Source of the DNA: Mobula hypostoma
Taxonomy: Eukaryota
NCBI RefSeq assembly: GCF_963921235.1
Contig: NC_086107.1
Location: forward strand, 98,830,001 to 98,890,000
Reading direction: 5' to 3'
DNA: 60,000 nucleotides
The notes below the pieces were generated by a model. It made no database searches, had not been told where the DNA came from, and worked only from the letters and a program-made list of their open reading frames with translations. Of this stretch, positions 49,036 to 60,000 are shown one piece after another. How positions within the stretch are numbered: the stretch's first letter is position 1; each line of letters starts with the position of its first letter. The translations under genes and the position numbers were made by a program.

Positions 49036-49789
49036 CACCATTAATCCCCAGCAAATTGATGGCCTTGTAGAAGAGCAGATGGGAGTGTCTGTGGATGCAG
49101 TTGTTGGATGGCTTGTGTGCTCGGTAGTGCCAGGGTTAACGATGCAGAAAATTCTGAAGGGGAATGTTCGTAAGCTCTGCTGATGGTCTGTGGGTGCAGG
49201 ACTTGCAGGGTTTCGGCAATAGATTACAAAGCTGGATTTTACTCACCGTGCCATGGATAAACAGCGGACTGTACTCATCTACACACGGCTGGAGAGGTAG
49301 GCCATGGGTAAGGCACTGGGCCAGTTCTGAAAGAGGTGGACTCTTGCCCGAGAGGCCGTGACCAGCCTCCTGGCAGGGACGTTCACTGGACAATGGGCTC
49401 AGCAGGATCACAGGAGCAGTGGGATTGGGAGAGGTAAGTTGCATCAGAAAGAGAAATAGGAGGATTTTCAGGCTATGTAGATTCACCACATACGGATGTA
49501 AATGCAAGAAGTGTACCTACCAACAATACAGAGCTGCCCTTCTCATCTCCCACCATTCAATAAGGTCTGGATATCTGTTCCACGTTCCTGCCTATGACCT
49601 TCCACCCTCTCACTTGCCAAGAATCATAGAACATAGAAAAATATGGCACAGTACAGACCTTTGGCCCGCTATGCTGTGCCAACCTGTTAATCTACTCCGA
49701 GATCAATCACTCTTCCCTCCCAGAGCCCTCCATTTTTATTTCTCCTCTTTCCCATCCAATTCCTCTTTAAAAATATGAAAAATCTCTGT

Positions 49790-50630
49790 GTCCATAAGAT
49801 ATGGGAGCTGAATCAGGCCACTTGGCCCATCGAGTCTGCTCCACCATTTCATCATGGCTGATCCACATTCCCCTCTCAGCCCCAATCTCCAGCCTTCTCC
49901 CCCTATCCCTTAATGCCCTGGCCAATCAAGAATATATCAACCTTTCCCTTAAATATACCCAATGATTTGGCCTCCACAGGCTCACCACTCTCCGGCTAAA
50001 GAAATTCCTCCTCATCTCCGTTCTAATGGACGTCCCTCTATTCTGATGCTGTGTCCTCTGGTCCTAGACTCCCCCACCAGAGGAAACGTCCTCTCCACAT
50101 CCTTTCAACATCCGATAGGTTTCAATGAGATTCCCCCCCTCATTCTTCTGAATTCCAGTGAGTACAGACCCAAAGCCATGAAACAGTCCTCATATGATAA
50201 GCTTTTCAATCTTGAAATCATTTTCGTGAACCTCCTTTGAACCCTCTCCAAAGTCAACACATCCTTTCTTAGATAAGAGGCCCAAATCTGCTCACAATAC
50301 TCCAGTGAGGCCTCACCAGTGCTTTATAAAGCCTCAGTGTTACATTTTTGCTAGTCCTCTTGAAATGAATGCTAACATTGCATTTGCCTTCCTCACCACT
50401 GACGCAACCTGCAAGTTAACCCACAGGGAATCCTGCACGAGGACTCCCAAGTCCCTTTGCACCTTAGATTTTTAAAACCTTCTCTCCATTTAGAAAATAG
50501 TCTATGCTTATATTTCTTCTACCAAAGTGCGTGACCATACACTTCCCGACACTGTCTTCCATCTGCCACTCCTTTGTCCATTCTCCCTATCGAAGTCCTT
50601 CTGTAGCCCCTCTGCTTCCTTAGCACTCTG
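49790..50630 (-). mobile_element. CR1 LINE 3' fragment
   Basis: Reverse complement of the CR1 ORF2 C-terminus and TCTTATGG tail. Confidence 0.8.
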
Positions 50631-50893
50631 ACCGCTAACTCCTAAAGTTCCAAAAAATCAGAATCCTCCGAGATTTTAAAAAACCCTCAGCTTACGCGTT
50701 GCATGGCCAATCCCTTATTCTGAAGCAGCGACGTTGTTTCTCGATGCATCCACCAGAGGTAACGGTCTCTCCACCCCCACCCTGGCGAGAGCCTCAGTCA
50801 CGTCCGCCCTAACTCTGCGTGGCACGATGTTAAGCACTCTTAATGTCATGTCACGCAGAGAAACCCCTTTATACCCTCTGTTTCCCTCTACAC

Positions 50894-50973
50894 CACAGGT
50901 TCCCAACCTGGGGTCCATGGACCCCTTGCTTAATGGTATTGGTCTGTGGCATCAAGAAGGTTGGGAACCTCTG
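50894..50973. mobile_element. 80-bp hAT (Charlie-like) MITE
   Basis: TIRs CACAGGTTCCCAACCT / AGGTTGGGAACCTCTG; imperfect 8-bp TSD CTCTACAC/CCCTGCAC; third partial copy at about 25828-25890. Confidence 0.65.
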
Positions 50974-52538
50974 CCCTGCACCAACACTGCCTCCTGCACC
51001 ACGAGCTTGTGTCTTATTTGGAGACAGCATGGTAACTGGTCCTCCTGGCCCAGTGACCCCCCTGCTGCCCAATTACACCCATGTGACTGATTAACCTACT
51101 AATCTGCTTGTCTTCGGAATGCGGGAGGAAACCGGAGCATCTCGAGGTCACGGGGAGAACGTACGAACACCTCACAGGCAGCGGTGACAATCCGCTGGCA
51201 TTGGAGAGGGCCCAGAGCTGGTCAATGTATGAGGAGCGAAGAATGGCCCTGGGCTTGTACTCACTGGAGTTTAGAAGAATGAAGGGGGGGGGGGAGATTC
51301 TCATTGAAACTTATCGAAGTTATTGCGGATTGATCGTATTGACCTGTGTCGCACACTCAAAGGGCCAAACGGTGACTTACCTGACTTCCAGAGTATCTCT
51401 GGTCATCAGTGCAAACGGGAAAGGAGGCAATTCAATACTGAAACTGAACAAACATTTAAAATGAAGTCACAGCCCTGTTCACCGGTAGACATCCCACAGA
51501 CACCACGATGACTCCAGGAATGAGAACCTTCAGATCGGTGGATGAGGACAGAGGTCGGAGTTGTCCTCCTCCGAACAACTCGGGGGCGTTCAGAACTACG
51601 AAGGTTAGAGACTGGGGTGACAACGAGCCAGTGGCCATTGACTGATGGGGCAGCCCACAGAGGCAGGGGGTGCTCAGGTCTGCCTGGGAGCTGAATGAGA
51701 GGGAGATAGATAAGTACCTGAAAGGAAGGGATTTGCTACGGAGAGGGGCGAGGGAAATGAGGCCAGCTGGGTGTTCTTGCAAAGAGCTGGTGCAGACTCG
51801 ATGGGCCGACTGGCTGCCTTCCACGCTGTAACCAGTGTGGGGGACAGAATCCACCCCAGGAGGCTGCTCACAAGGGAAGAATGGGCCCATAGCTCAATAT
51901 GGTGCACCAGGCTGACTAAAACACAGCCCACCCCACTGCTGGATACCCCACTACCCATCTCCCTCTCCCTGTCCTGCTCACTAATAAACTGTGTCCCAGA
52001 CTGAACCCCACGGCTCTAACAGCCCAAAGGCTTGGTTTCTCTGCACCGCTGGCTGGAGTTGTTCCTTGTTCTCCCTCCTCTCCCCTGCCTTCTCCATTTC
52101 ACTCTCCCTTCCCCCTGCCATATACATCCAGCCCCCTTTGACCTGCCTTTTCCTTTAACTTCTCTCCATTTCACACATCTTTCTCTCCAGCCCTCTCCCT
52201 CCTTTCCTCTGCTTGCCCTCTTCTCTGTGAGCTCATTACCCCTTCCACTACAATATCGCCAGAGGCCACATCAGGCCTGACAACCTCCTGGGTCTGCCCT
52301 ATCACCCAGTATCCCACTCACTGTCAGTCCTACGAACCCCCGATCCCCTCCCTTCCCCTTACTGTGTGAGGTTTGATCTCAGCTGTGAACACACTCTGCA
52401 GCCAGCCAGAATGGCCAAACTCAGCAGGTCAGGAGGCATCTGTGCAGGGGAACTTTCAGGCAAAGACTTTTCATCAGGATGGGAGAGGAAGGAGACAGAA
52501 GCGAGAATAAGAAGGTGGGGAAGGGGTACAAACTGGAA

Positions 52539-52790
52539 GGTGATAGGTGAGACCAGGTGAGGGTGGGTGGGATGATGTGAGAAGCCGTAAGGTGATAGGT
52601 GAGATCAGGTGAGGGTGGGTGGGATGATGTGAGAAGCTGGAAGGTGATAGGTGAGATCAGGTGAGGGTGGGTGGGATGATGTGAGAAGCTGGAAGGTGAT
52701 AGGTGAGATCAGATGAGAAGCTGTAAGGTGATAGGTGAGACCAGGTGAGGGTGGATAGGATGATGTGAGAAGCAGAAAGATGATAGGTGG
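52539..52790. repeat. 52-bp tandem repeat inside a - strand Penelope tail remnant
   Basis: GGTGATAGGTGAGATCAGGTGAGGGTGGGTGGGATGATGTGAGAAGCTGGAA units start at 52539, 52591, 52643 and 52695. Confidence 0.85.
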
Positions 52791-53097
52791 AAGAGGTAAA
52801 GAGCTGAGGAAGAAGGAATCTGTTAGGAGACGATAGTGGAGTAAAGGATAGGAGGGGAACTAACACGAGTCCTCATGAAGGGTCTCGACCTCAAACATAT
52901 TTCTCTGCACTGTCCTCTCTCTTACACAACTTCCTTTCTCACTCTTCTTCCCCGTCCCTCATTCTTTTGCCCAATATCGTTCCCTTTGACTTTCATGTCC
53001 TGTACCCTTCCCATCCCCACTTTGTTCTTCCATCTTCTTTCTCTCCTCCCCTTTTCCATTTTCCCTACCCCTCCATCCCTTCCCCATTATTTACAAA

Positions 53098-53563
53098 AAT
53101 GACTCCAGGGTTAAACGGCTTGTCAAATGAAGAGCGTTTGATGGCTCTGGGCCTGTATTCACTGGATTTCAGAAGAATGAGGGGTGACCTCATGGAAACC
53201 TATCAAATGGTGGAAGGCCTTGATAACAGTGGACGTGGAGAGGATGTTTCCTATGGTGGATGAGCCTAGGACCAGAGGACACAGCCTCAGAATAGAGGGG
53301 AATCCAATTAGAACAGAGACAAGGAGGAATTTCTTTAGCCAGAGAGTGGTGGATCTGTAGAATTCTTTGCCACAGTGGAGGCCAAGTTTTTATGTATATT
53401 TAAGGTTGACAGATTCTTGATTGGTCAGAAAATGAAGGGATACGGGGAGAAGGAAGGAGATTGGAGCTGAGAGGAAAATTGGATCAGCCGTGATGAACTG
53501 GTGGAGCAGACTCGATGGGCCAAATGGCCTAAATTCTGTCCCTATATCATATGGTCTTATGGT
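53098..53563 (+). mobile_element. CR1 LINE 3' fragment
   Basis: 'PGLNGLSNEERLMALGLYSLDFRRMRGDLMETY'; TCTTATGG tail. Confidence 0.85.
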
Positions 53564-53968
53564 CATCTGCACACTCGATGGTACACTACATGTTTCTTCC
53601 CCGATCCTGACGAAGTGTCTTAGCCCGAGATGTCAACTCTTTATTTCCCTCCATAGATGCTGCCTGACCTTCTGAGTTCCAGCAGCATTTTGTGTGTGTT
53701 GGTCAAGAGTTCCAGCACCTTCAGGATCCCTCGTGTCTCTGACACTAGCAGTTAGGAGTGTACCGCTGTGGGACTGATATGGAAAACCAGGTCAATAAAA
53801 ACCAGGTTCCGACACCAACTCCTGTGACAAAAGTTACTTTCCGTATGATTTTCCCTTTGCTAAGTTACTCGGTAAAGCAAACACCGAGCCAGAAACTCAC
53901 AGACTACGCACACCGTCTCTGTCTCAGTCCCACAGATGGAAGTCTGCAACCATGAGACAATGAGTGAC

Positions 53969-53974
53969 TTTATT
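53969..53974 (-). terminator. Candidate PICK1 polyadenylation signal (AATAAA on - strand)
   Basis: TTTATT on + strand about 1.9 kb past the PICK1 stop, followed on the - strand by GT-rich sequence. Confidence 0.35.
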
Positions 53975-54999
53975 GGCAAAAAGATGTGAGAGATTTCACC
54001 AGACTGGTGGAAAACATTCACCATTCCCTCAGTTGTGGAAGCAGCAACAGAATATGTTTAAAATGGAGCATCTAAAAGTCATCGGGAAACGTGGACATGT
54101 CTAGAGTATAAGACCGAAATGTCCCACAACCCCAGAATATGGTGATTAACAGAGAGCGGCCCACATCCCTGGAATACAGCAGTGGAGAATGGTCCCAGAT
54201 CCTCAGAGCGTTAGAGACCCGGGTATAACCGTGACCTCAGGTGCTGTCTGTGTGGAATTTGCAGGTTCTCTCTGTGACTGTCTGAGTTTCCTTCCACATC
54301 CCTATGCCAAACGGGTTGGTGGGTTAATTGATTGCTGTAAATTGGCCCTGGTGTAATTGAGGGGTAAAATCTGGGGTAGATATAAGAACGTGGGGAGAAT
54401 AAAAAATGTGATTAGTGTAAAGGTTGGTCAGCATGAACTCAGTGGGCTGAAGGGCCTTTTCTGTGCGGAGTGACTCTATGAATCATCGGGGAGATTTCCC
54501 ATAAAATCAGAGCATTGTAATCAGTAGGAGATGTTCACACAGTCCATGAGTACAGTAGGTGTCACACCAGCCTACGAGGAACACTAATTTCTACTCCCAG
54601 GATGTGCCAGTGTTTACTTGGGATTTTCATAACCTGCTGTATGGCTTCTGCGATGATGAGTGTCACCATTTGCCCGAGGTAAAGGGATGCCCCACACAAA
54701 GTACAGCCAGGGGATTTGACAGGTTCTCAATCCACTGCACGCTGTGCAGCAGATACCGAGTCCTTCCTCTGCTTCTACCCTGTGCGGGGAGATACGGGAT
54801 CTGCACTGATCTCTTACGTCCTGGACACACGACCCTGTTCCATAGAGCGCTTGATATTCCGGGGCTGAGGTGAGCTCACACTCGTTCATTCACATTCATT
54901 TCCATCACTTGTGGGTGGATTGACATTGTCTGTTCATTTCAACCTGCGCCTATGCTCTCCAAAATGTGCAGAGTGACAGTTTACCATTTGGCTCAAGGT

Positions 55000-55320
55000 C
55001 AAGCGGAAATCTCAGACCCAGAATACAAAGATCAGGGAGAAATCTCAGACCCGAGGAACAGAGATCAGGGAGAAATCTCAGACCCAACGTACAGAGATCG
55101 GGGGCCAACTCCCACACATAGAGTACAGAGGTTAGGGGGATCTCTCAGGCCCAAAGAAGAGACCTGGGGGAACTCCCACACACAGAGAACAGAGATCAGG
55201 GAGAAATCGCAGACCCCACGTACAGAGATCGGGGGACCTCCCACACACAGAGTGCAGAGGTCAGGGGGATCTCTCAGGCCCAAAGAACAGAGATCCGGGG
55301 GATCTCTCAGACCCAGAGTA
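55000..55320. repeat. Degenerate about 33-bp tandem repeat (CAGAGATCAGGGRGAAATCTCAGACCC...)
   Basis: Directly visible; lies downstream of the PICK1 stop. Confidence 0.8.
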
Positions 55321-55890
55321 CCAAGATTGATGTGGAAACCTGTCAACAGAGACCGCCCATCAGTAACACTCCCCCATACCCACACAATGCAGCGTTCAGT
55401 GATTGTCACACGGTCTAGAACACGGAATTAAATGGGGAAAACGCCGTACCATCGGCATACGGGCCTGAACAGGGAGTACTTCCACAGGCGCTAAACCGCC
55501 ACGTCCCCCAAACACAGAGCGAGAGGGCAGACCGCGGAGGAGAGTCAACGATCCGAGCACTGGCCGTTTCCCGGTAGGTGGATTTCACTGGATGTTCCAC
55601 TGGGCGAGCTGCAGACGCTGTGGGCCGCCCGAGCGAGGGCGCAGTGCCCGGCTCGCAGCGGAGAGCAGGGATGTGGACCTGCAACAGATCAGAGTTCCAC
55701 ACACGCCACCTCTGGAAACTGTGACAGAGGAGGCAAGAACAGAATCCAAGAACACAACCAATGTCTGTACAACAGGGATTCCCTGTGACAGGACAACAGT
55801 CTCATCACAGGAGACATAAATACGAGCATCAATCCAATTATAGACAACCTACTTTGGTCTTATTTAACAATAAGGGTTTCCAGAAGAATT

Positions 55891-56096
55891 CTATTCATCG
55901 TCAAAGAGTTTCTCTCCGTTTTCCTCCTCCTCTTCTGCATCGGTATAAAGGTCCTTCGGGCTGTAGTTCAGCATGGTTTTGCTCAGGTCCACCTCGATTG
56001 GGAACACGTCCGCGTCCTTTAAGACGGCGTAACACTCGTCGTAGTACTTGGACATGGCGGAGACGAAGCGCTGGAGCTGGAACACGATGTCCTGAA
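55891..56096 (-). CDS. PICK1: Protein interacting with C kinase 1, last coding exon
   Basis: gcag|TT acceptor; '(V)QDIVFQLQRFVSAMSKYYDECYAVLKDADVFPIEVDL...DAEEEEENGEKLFDDE*'. Confidence 0.95.
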
Positions 56097-57779
56097 CTGC
56101 GAATGGGAAGAGATGGTTACCAGACTTGACAGAGAAAGGGAGAATGGGTCTGAGGGGTTTGAATCACTGACCACAGGGCGACATCGCTTTTCACAAGCCT
56201 CAGTATTTTATAATTTTGATTTAGATTTCTAATTCCTTTGCTTTTTTTTTATAAAATCTCTGGCCAGTTCCCATCTCCATAAAAGCTTGACTCGCGGGAC
56301 TGTTACTTAACACTCACAGTTTCAGTTTGTTCCCAGTCTATCCTTCCTCCAGACAGAGTAGTTGCCATGAAGAAGCATCTCTATGGCCAACACCAATCTT
56401 CGTCACCCACACTCAACAGCTTCCTCCACCCCCCTCCCCTGCCACTATTCATATTTCTGAAAGCTCCAGGAGCCCAATACCTCACTACTCCTCCTTTGCA
56501 TGATGTATTTGTTTTAACCTATAGTAATTTTCATATCTTGCACTGCACTGCTGCCACAACAAATTTCACGATATACCTCAGCGATTGTAAATATGATTCT
56601 ACCTTCCCCTCACATCTCACCCTATCCCATCCCAGATTCTCTTCACCTTTAACTGCAGCTGGTTTTCTACATTTGCCCTGTTCTTCAGTTCACTGACCTG
56701 AGATTCTTGACTCCCAGATGCTGACTGACTTGCAGCGGATTTTGAGCATTCTCTGATTCCAGCATCTGTAGATTTTTTTTTATTTTGCAGGTAATTTTCA
56801 TCATGATTCACAACAGTGGCCCCAATCACTGCAGCCCTTTGCCATCCTTGTGGGGACCCCTGCTGCCTGTTAGAGCTACATTATCTTTGCTATTTTTTCA
56901 AGGACTTCACTGCGACTAGTTGAGTATCTGTCTCATTGGGAGTTTCTGTATTTGCACTCCCATTCAATTACACCTGATGTAAAGATACCTCATCGACCCC
57001 AGCTAGCCCTCAGATTAGCCCTTTCCCTAACAACGTTATAACCCCCACCATTGTCTCTCCTCAGTCTTTATTTAATGGGCGAGGTGCAATTTTATTTACT
57101 TATTGAGATTCAATGCGGAATAAGCCCTCTGGCCCTTCGAACGGTGCCGCCCAACAATCCCCCGGTTTAATCCTAGCCTAATCACGGGACAATTTACCTC
57201 CCATCCTGTGAATAGTGAATCTGTGGAATGCTCTGCCACAGACTGCGGTGGAGGCCAAGTCCGTGGGTATACTTAAGACAGAAGTTGATCATTTCCTGAT
57301 TAGTCAGGGTATGGGGAGAAGGCAGGTGTATGGAGTTGAGTGGGATCCGGGATCAGCCATGATGGAACGGCGGAGCAGACTCGATGGGCTGAATGGCCTA
57401 ATTCTGCTCTGGTCAACCACTACATCATTGGACTACGGATGAAACCCAGAGCACCCGGTCACGGGGAGAATAGACAAACTCCTTACAGGCAGTGGCGGGA
57501 ATTGAACCCAGGTCCGTGGTACTGTAAAGCGTTGTGCTAACCACTACACTACCAGGCCACCCCTGCAACGTATAATGAAAACAGAGACTAAGGAATGGGT
57601 AGGAAGATGAGTGGATATCATACTCTCCACTGAAATGGGCAGGTAGGACGAATGAGTAAGCGCTGATCTAACACACTGATCCAGCTACAGACACAACAAC
57701 GCTGCTCCAGTTGACCTGAGTTGGTCACACAGTAAAGCAGCAGTGACGTGGCACAGCTAAACACGAGCTAATCTGTCCG

Positions 57780-58200
57780 TGTCACACCTGAGGCAGCATA
57801 CCTGGCGGAGCATCGTCATACCTGGAACAGCATACCCGAGACGGCACTGTCACACCTGGGACAGAGCATTTGACCAGGTGCCATCACACCTACGATAGCA
57901 CCGCCCCTCCTGGGACAGAACCGCCATACCTGGAATAGCACAGTCACACCTGGGGCAGAACCGCCATACCTGGAATAGCATAGTCACACCTGGGGCAGAA
58001 CTGCCACACCTGGAATAGCACAGTCACACCTGGGGCAGAACCGTCACACCTGGAATAGCACAGTCACACCTGGGACAGCACAATCACACTTGGGACAGAA
58101 CCATCATACCTGGGACAGCACGATCACACCTGGGACAGAACCGTCATACCTGGAATAGCACAATCACACCTGGGACAGCACCATCACACCTGACAAAGCA
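57780..58200. repeat. About 20-bp minisatellite (GTCACACCTGGRRYAGMACM) in a PICK1 intron
   Basis: Directly visible. Confidence 0.85.
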
Positions 58201-58291
58201 CCTGACCCCAAGCCCTCCTGATCTGGGACAAACAAAGCCGCCAGAGCAACCCCAAACCATGGTGTGTGTGGCACAGAAAGTTAAAACCAAC

Positions 58292-58436
58292 CATGTTTTT
58301 GGTCCAGAAGTTCGATCTTCTCCAGGACGTCCTTCCTCATCTTGGCGAATCGCGCTCTGGCCTCCTGCCGGCAGCGGAGAATCAGGCGATATTCGTAGTT
58401 CCCAGTGCCGACCCGGTACAGGGGCTCCTGGAGGGC
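58292..58436 (-). CDS. PICK1: PICK1 penultimate coding exon (BAR/arfaptin-homology domain)
   Basis: ccag|GCC acceptor; 'ALQEPLYRVGTGNYEYRLILRCRQEARARFAKMRKDVLEKIELLDQKH'; donor G|GTTGGT; 145 nt. Confidence 0.96.
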
Positions 58437-58940
58437 CTGGTGTGGGGTGAAGAGGGAGGTTGTGTAGTCAGAACTCCTGACGTAGCTGAGAGCAGCACAT
58501 ACCCCGGATGGTGCGGGGCACGGGGGCGGGGGGTGGGAGGATGGCTCTGAGTCAGCACACAAACACACAACCCCAGGTGGATAATCCAAACCCCGTACCA
58601 GGGATCCCTTCCCCCTTTCCAGCCACGGCTGAACCCATCCATGCCCATGCTGCAAGTGGCCATAATCGCCAGTGAAAGCCATTGCCCCCCTATCCTTTCA
58701 AAGTGTGTCAGAAGCCCCTGTCCACCTGGTATACTTCCCCTCAAACCACCCCCAACTCCAGCCCACCGATTTGTCGGCCCTCTGAGGACAGCGGCCTACC
58801 AACCATTCTCCAGTCGCACCGACTGCGGAAGGTGGCCAGGCTGCCCAGTCTGACGTTGTCCCCCAATCAGTTGGCCTCAGGGCATTGCTCTGCCCGGCTG
58901 CCCTCAGCCACAGACCCACCAGCCCCATGCCATCACTCAC

Positions 58941-58991
58941 AATGCAGCTGTACTCCTCATCGTCCATCTCCTTCACCTTCAGACAGTAGGA
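58941..58991 (-). CDS. PICK1: PICK1 coding exon (BAR domain); upstream exons lie beyond the window
   Basis: gcag|TCC acceptor; 'SYCLKVKEMDDEEYSCI'; donor ATT|GTGAGT; 51 nt. Confidence 0.95.
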
Positions 58992-59384
58992 CTGCGCCGA
59001 ACAAGAGAGAGAGAGAGGTTTCAGATCAAGGTTCCGAGCAAGACGAGGCAGCCAACAAGATTAACGTTTGTACACCCCCTCAGCAAAGGTCGGTGGTTGA
59101 CATGGGGATGTGGGGTGGGGTGGAAACGTACACTTCAGTGACATGCCGGTAAAAAGCAATGGGGCAAGATTTCCAGAAGTGTGGAACGGGCAAATCCCAT
59201 CTGGGCAGATGGCAGAGTGAGGTTTGGTTAATTAGTTCAGCGCATCTGATTTTGAAGCGATGGAACACCAGGTCACTGCAGGCACTCGCCGGGTTCACCC
59301 ACGGTCAGGTTAACGTGGTCGGCAAGGTCGCAGCTGGCTCCAGGTACAACTCAAAGTTGGCTGAACAACTCCAGCCTTCAGTGC

Positions 59385-60000
59385 TGTCTGGGACCCACCT
59401 CCCCCTGTCCTGGGCTCTCACTGGGACATCTCCTCTGGGTCATCCCCTCTGTACTGGGCTCTCACAGTCAGGGACATCTCTTCCGAATCATCCCCTCTGT
59501 TCTGGGCTCTCACTGTCTGGGACATCTCCTCTATGTCTTCCCCTTTGTTCTGGGTCCTGTCTGGAATATCTCCTCTGGACCATCTCCTGTCCTGGGCTCT
59601 CACTGTCTGGGATATCTCCTTTGGATCATCCCCTCTGTCCTGGGCTCTCACTGTCTGGGACATCTCCTCTGGACCATTCCCTGTCCTGGGCTCTCACTGT
59701 CTAGGATATTTCCTCTGGGTCCTCTCTGTCTGTAAAGTCTCCTCTGGACCATCCCCTCTGTTCTGGGCTCTCACTGACAGCAACATCTCCTCTGGATCAT
59801 CCCCTCTGTTCCGGGCTCTCACAGTCAGGGACATCTCCTCTATGTCTTCCCCTTTGTTCTGGGTCCTGTCTGGAATATCTCCTCTGGACCATCCCCTGTC
59901 CTGGGCTCTCACTGTCTGGGACATCTCCTCTAGATCTTTCCCTCTAGACCATCCCCTGTCCTGGGCCCTCAGCGTCTGGAGCTTCTCCTCTGAAAGTTCT
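59385..60000. repeat. About 46-48-bp minisatellite (CTGGGCTCTCACTGTCTGGGACATCTCCTCTGGATCATCCCCTCTGT) in a PICK1 intron
   Basis: Directly visible; runs to the window end. Confidence 0.88.

Noticed and set aside
58437..58682. N-terminal part of ORF 58281-58682 as coding
   Set aside because: It is intronic; PICK1 homology begins at the acceptor at 58436.

Overview
This is eukaryotic vertebrate genomic DNA, most likely from a cartilaginous fish (ray or shark; inferred from the repeat families). It is not prokaryotic. The window holds a complete four-coding-exon monocarboxylate transporter gene on the + strand (SLC16A8/MCT3, CDS 36181-47975, 538 aa after splicing). It also holds the last three coding exons of PICK1 on the - strand (55891-58991), tail-to-tail with SLC16A8 as in mammals. 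A CpG-rich candidate promoter and non-coding first exon lies at about 10950-11390. Most other sequence is repeat-derived: CR1 LINEs (two long decayed copies), Rex1/Babar-type LINE 3' fragments, an RTE LINE fragment, and a cluster of Penelope-like (GIY-YIG) insertions whose tails carry minimal hammerhead-ribozyme motifs. There is also a Chapaev3-type DNA transposon derivative with TIRs and TSD, a solo LTR, tiny hAT MITEs, tRNA-derived SINEs and several minisatellites, including a 2.9-kb 32/33-bp array. I found no clearly new biological system. The best leads are the ribozyme-bearing Penelope insertions, the Chapaev element, the minisatellite that supplies the SLC16A8 C-terminus and stop codon, and the candidate OTX/E-box/HRE promoter. 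All family assignments come from motif recognition, not database searches.
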